Positions 35,625-36,627 of a stretch of 36,627 nt of DNA are shown one piece after another (position 1 is the stretch's first letter; the number at the start of each line of letters is the position of its first letter). The notes below the pieces were generated by a model. It saw only the letters and a program-made list of their open reading frames with translations, ran no database searches and was not told where the DNA came from. Made by a program: the position numbers and the translations under genes. Origin of the DNA: Rhabdochlamydiaceae bacterium (lineage in GTDB: Bacteria; Chlamydiota; Chlamydiia; Chlamydiales; Rhabdochlamydiaceae); contig JBGPMV010000001.1 of assembly GCA_041487155.1 (NCBI GenBank), positions 1 through 36,627 on the forward strand, in the 5' to 3' direction.

Positions 35625-36627
35625 CGAAACTGTCCATTGAAGAGCTTAAGTCCTGGTATAAGGACCACGAGAAAAAACTATTTGCCGATTACTTCTCTTT
35701 TTTAAAAATCCCCTCCATCAGTACCGATCCGGCTTATAAAGAAGATATCCGCAGGGCGGCGGAGTGGGTCGGAGCTTATCTCAAAGAGATCGGCTTTCAG
35801 ATCGATATTTGGAAAACGAAAGGGCATCCGGTTGTTTTTGCCTCCTATATCGCAGATCCATCGCGGCCGACAGTTCTCATTTATCACCATTACGATGTGC
35901 AGCCGATCGATCCGATTGAAAAATGGAAAACTCCTCCTTTTGAGCCGGAGATTAGAGAAGGAGCTGTCTATGCCAGAGGCGCTTCGGATAACAAGGGGCA
36001 GTGTTTTAATACGCTTGCAGCTTTGAGGGCAGTCTTTGATCTCTGCAAAAAAGTGAACCTCAACATCAAACTTTTTGTCGAAGGGGAAGAGGAGTGCGGA
36101 AGCTCGGGCGCGCTCGAGATCTTGAAAGAAAAAAAGGAGCAGCTTAAAGCCGACTATCTTTTGATTGCAGATATGGGGCTGCCGGCGCCTGGGACGCCTG
36201 CTATTAGCATAGGGCTTAGAGGGATTGTGGCTATGGAGGTGAAGTGCGTAAATTCCAGGATTGATCTCCACTCGGGAATTCATGGAGGAATCGCTTTAAA
36301 TCCTAACCGAGCGCTCATTCAGCTGCTGGCAAAATTGTGGGATGGCAAGGGTGTGGTTACAGTCCCCGGATTTTATGATGGGGTGATTGTTCCTACACAA
36401 GACGAGTTGCAAGAATGTTCACAGGAGGTCGATATGGCGCACCTGCAAAAGCAATTCGGCATCAAGGCTTTTCAGGGGGAAGGGAACTTTTCTCTCTGGG
36501 AATCGAGCACCATCCGGCCGACACTTGAGATTAATGGGATTTCCGGAGGTTATACAGGCGCGGGATTTAAGACGGTGATTCCGAGCGAGGCCTGTGCAAA
36601 AATTTCCTGCCGGCTGGTTCCGAATCA
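35621..36627 (+). CDS. M20 family dipeptidase (ArgE/DapE-like), runs off the right edge; not in ORF track
   Basis: Manual translation: MTKLSIEELK...FLKIPSISTDP, IYHHYDVQP, ARGASDNKGQ, EGEEECGS, DLHSG, GFKTVIP. Confidence 0.93.
   Translation, partial: MTKLSIEELKSWYKDHEKKLFADYFSFLKIPSISTDPAYKEDIRRAAEWVGAYLKEIGFQIDIWKTKGHPVVFASYIADPSRPTVLIYHHYDVQPIDPIEKWKTPPFEPEIREGAVYARGASDNKGQCFNTLAALRAVFDLCKKVNLNIKLFVEGEEECGSSGALEILKEKKEQLKADYLLIADMGLPAPGTPAISIGLRGIVAMEVKCVNSRIDLHSGIHGGIALNPNRALIQLLAKLWDGKGVVTVPGFYDGVIVPTQDELQECSQEVDMAHLQKQFGIKAFQGEGNFSLWESSTIRPTLEINGISGGYTGAGFKTVIPSEACAKISCRLVPN

Noticed and set aside
35702-36578. 193-aa minus-strand ORF and small + ORFs
   Set aside because: Shadows of the M20 peptidase that starts at 35621 and runs off the edge.

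Overview
This window looks like chromosomal DNA from an environmental chlamydia. The evidence is a fused glyQS and the backbone uvrC-mutS-dnaG-glyQS-pgsA-tRNA-Gln-rplY-pth-rpsF-rpsR-rplI, which matches the order I recall for C. trachomatis CT791-CT803. Accessory blocks sit between the backbone genes. (1) A 1259-aa repeat-rich autotransporter lies next to an internally deleted paralogue with a ~153-bp palindromic element at the deletion point. (2) A toxin-antitoxin hotspot surrounds glyQS: a RelE/HigB-XRE pair, a tripartite HipBST kinase module and an Rpn nuclease. (3) There are a TpsB/TpsA two-partner secretion pair, several secreted or effector-like orphans (one built of three 111-aa repeats) and an Inc-like gene split by a single TAG. 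The right end carries prs, hldD, an hldE with a degenerate C-terminal domain, htpX and an M20 peptidase. The most striking structure is the HipBST module, bracketed by 280-bp direct repeats (7 mismatches) of the glyQS 3' end. This makes an integrase-free 2,020-bp islet that carries a kinase of a family known to target aminoacyl-tRNA synthetases, inserted in the tail of a synthetase gene. Several housekeeping genes also appear to be leaderless. All calls come from reading motifs by eye; no searches were run.
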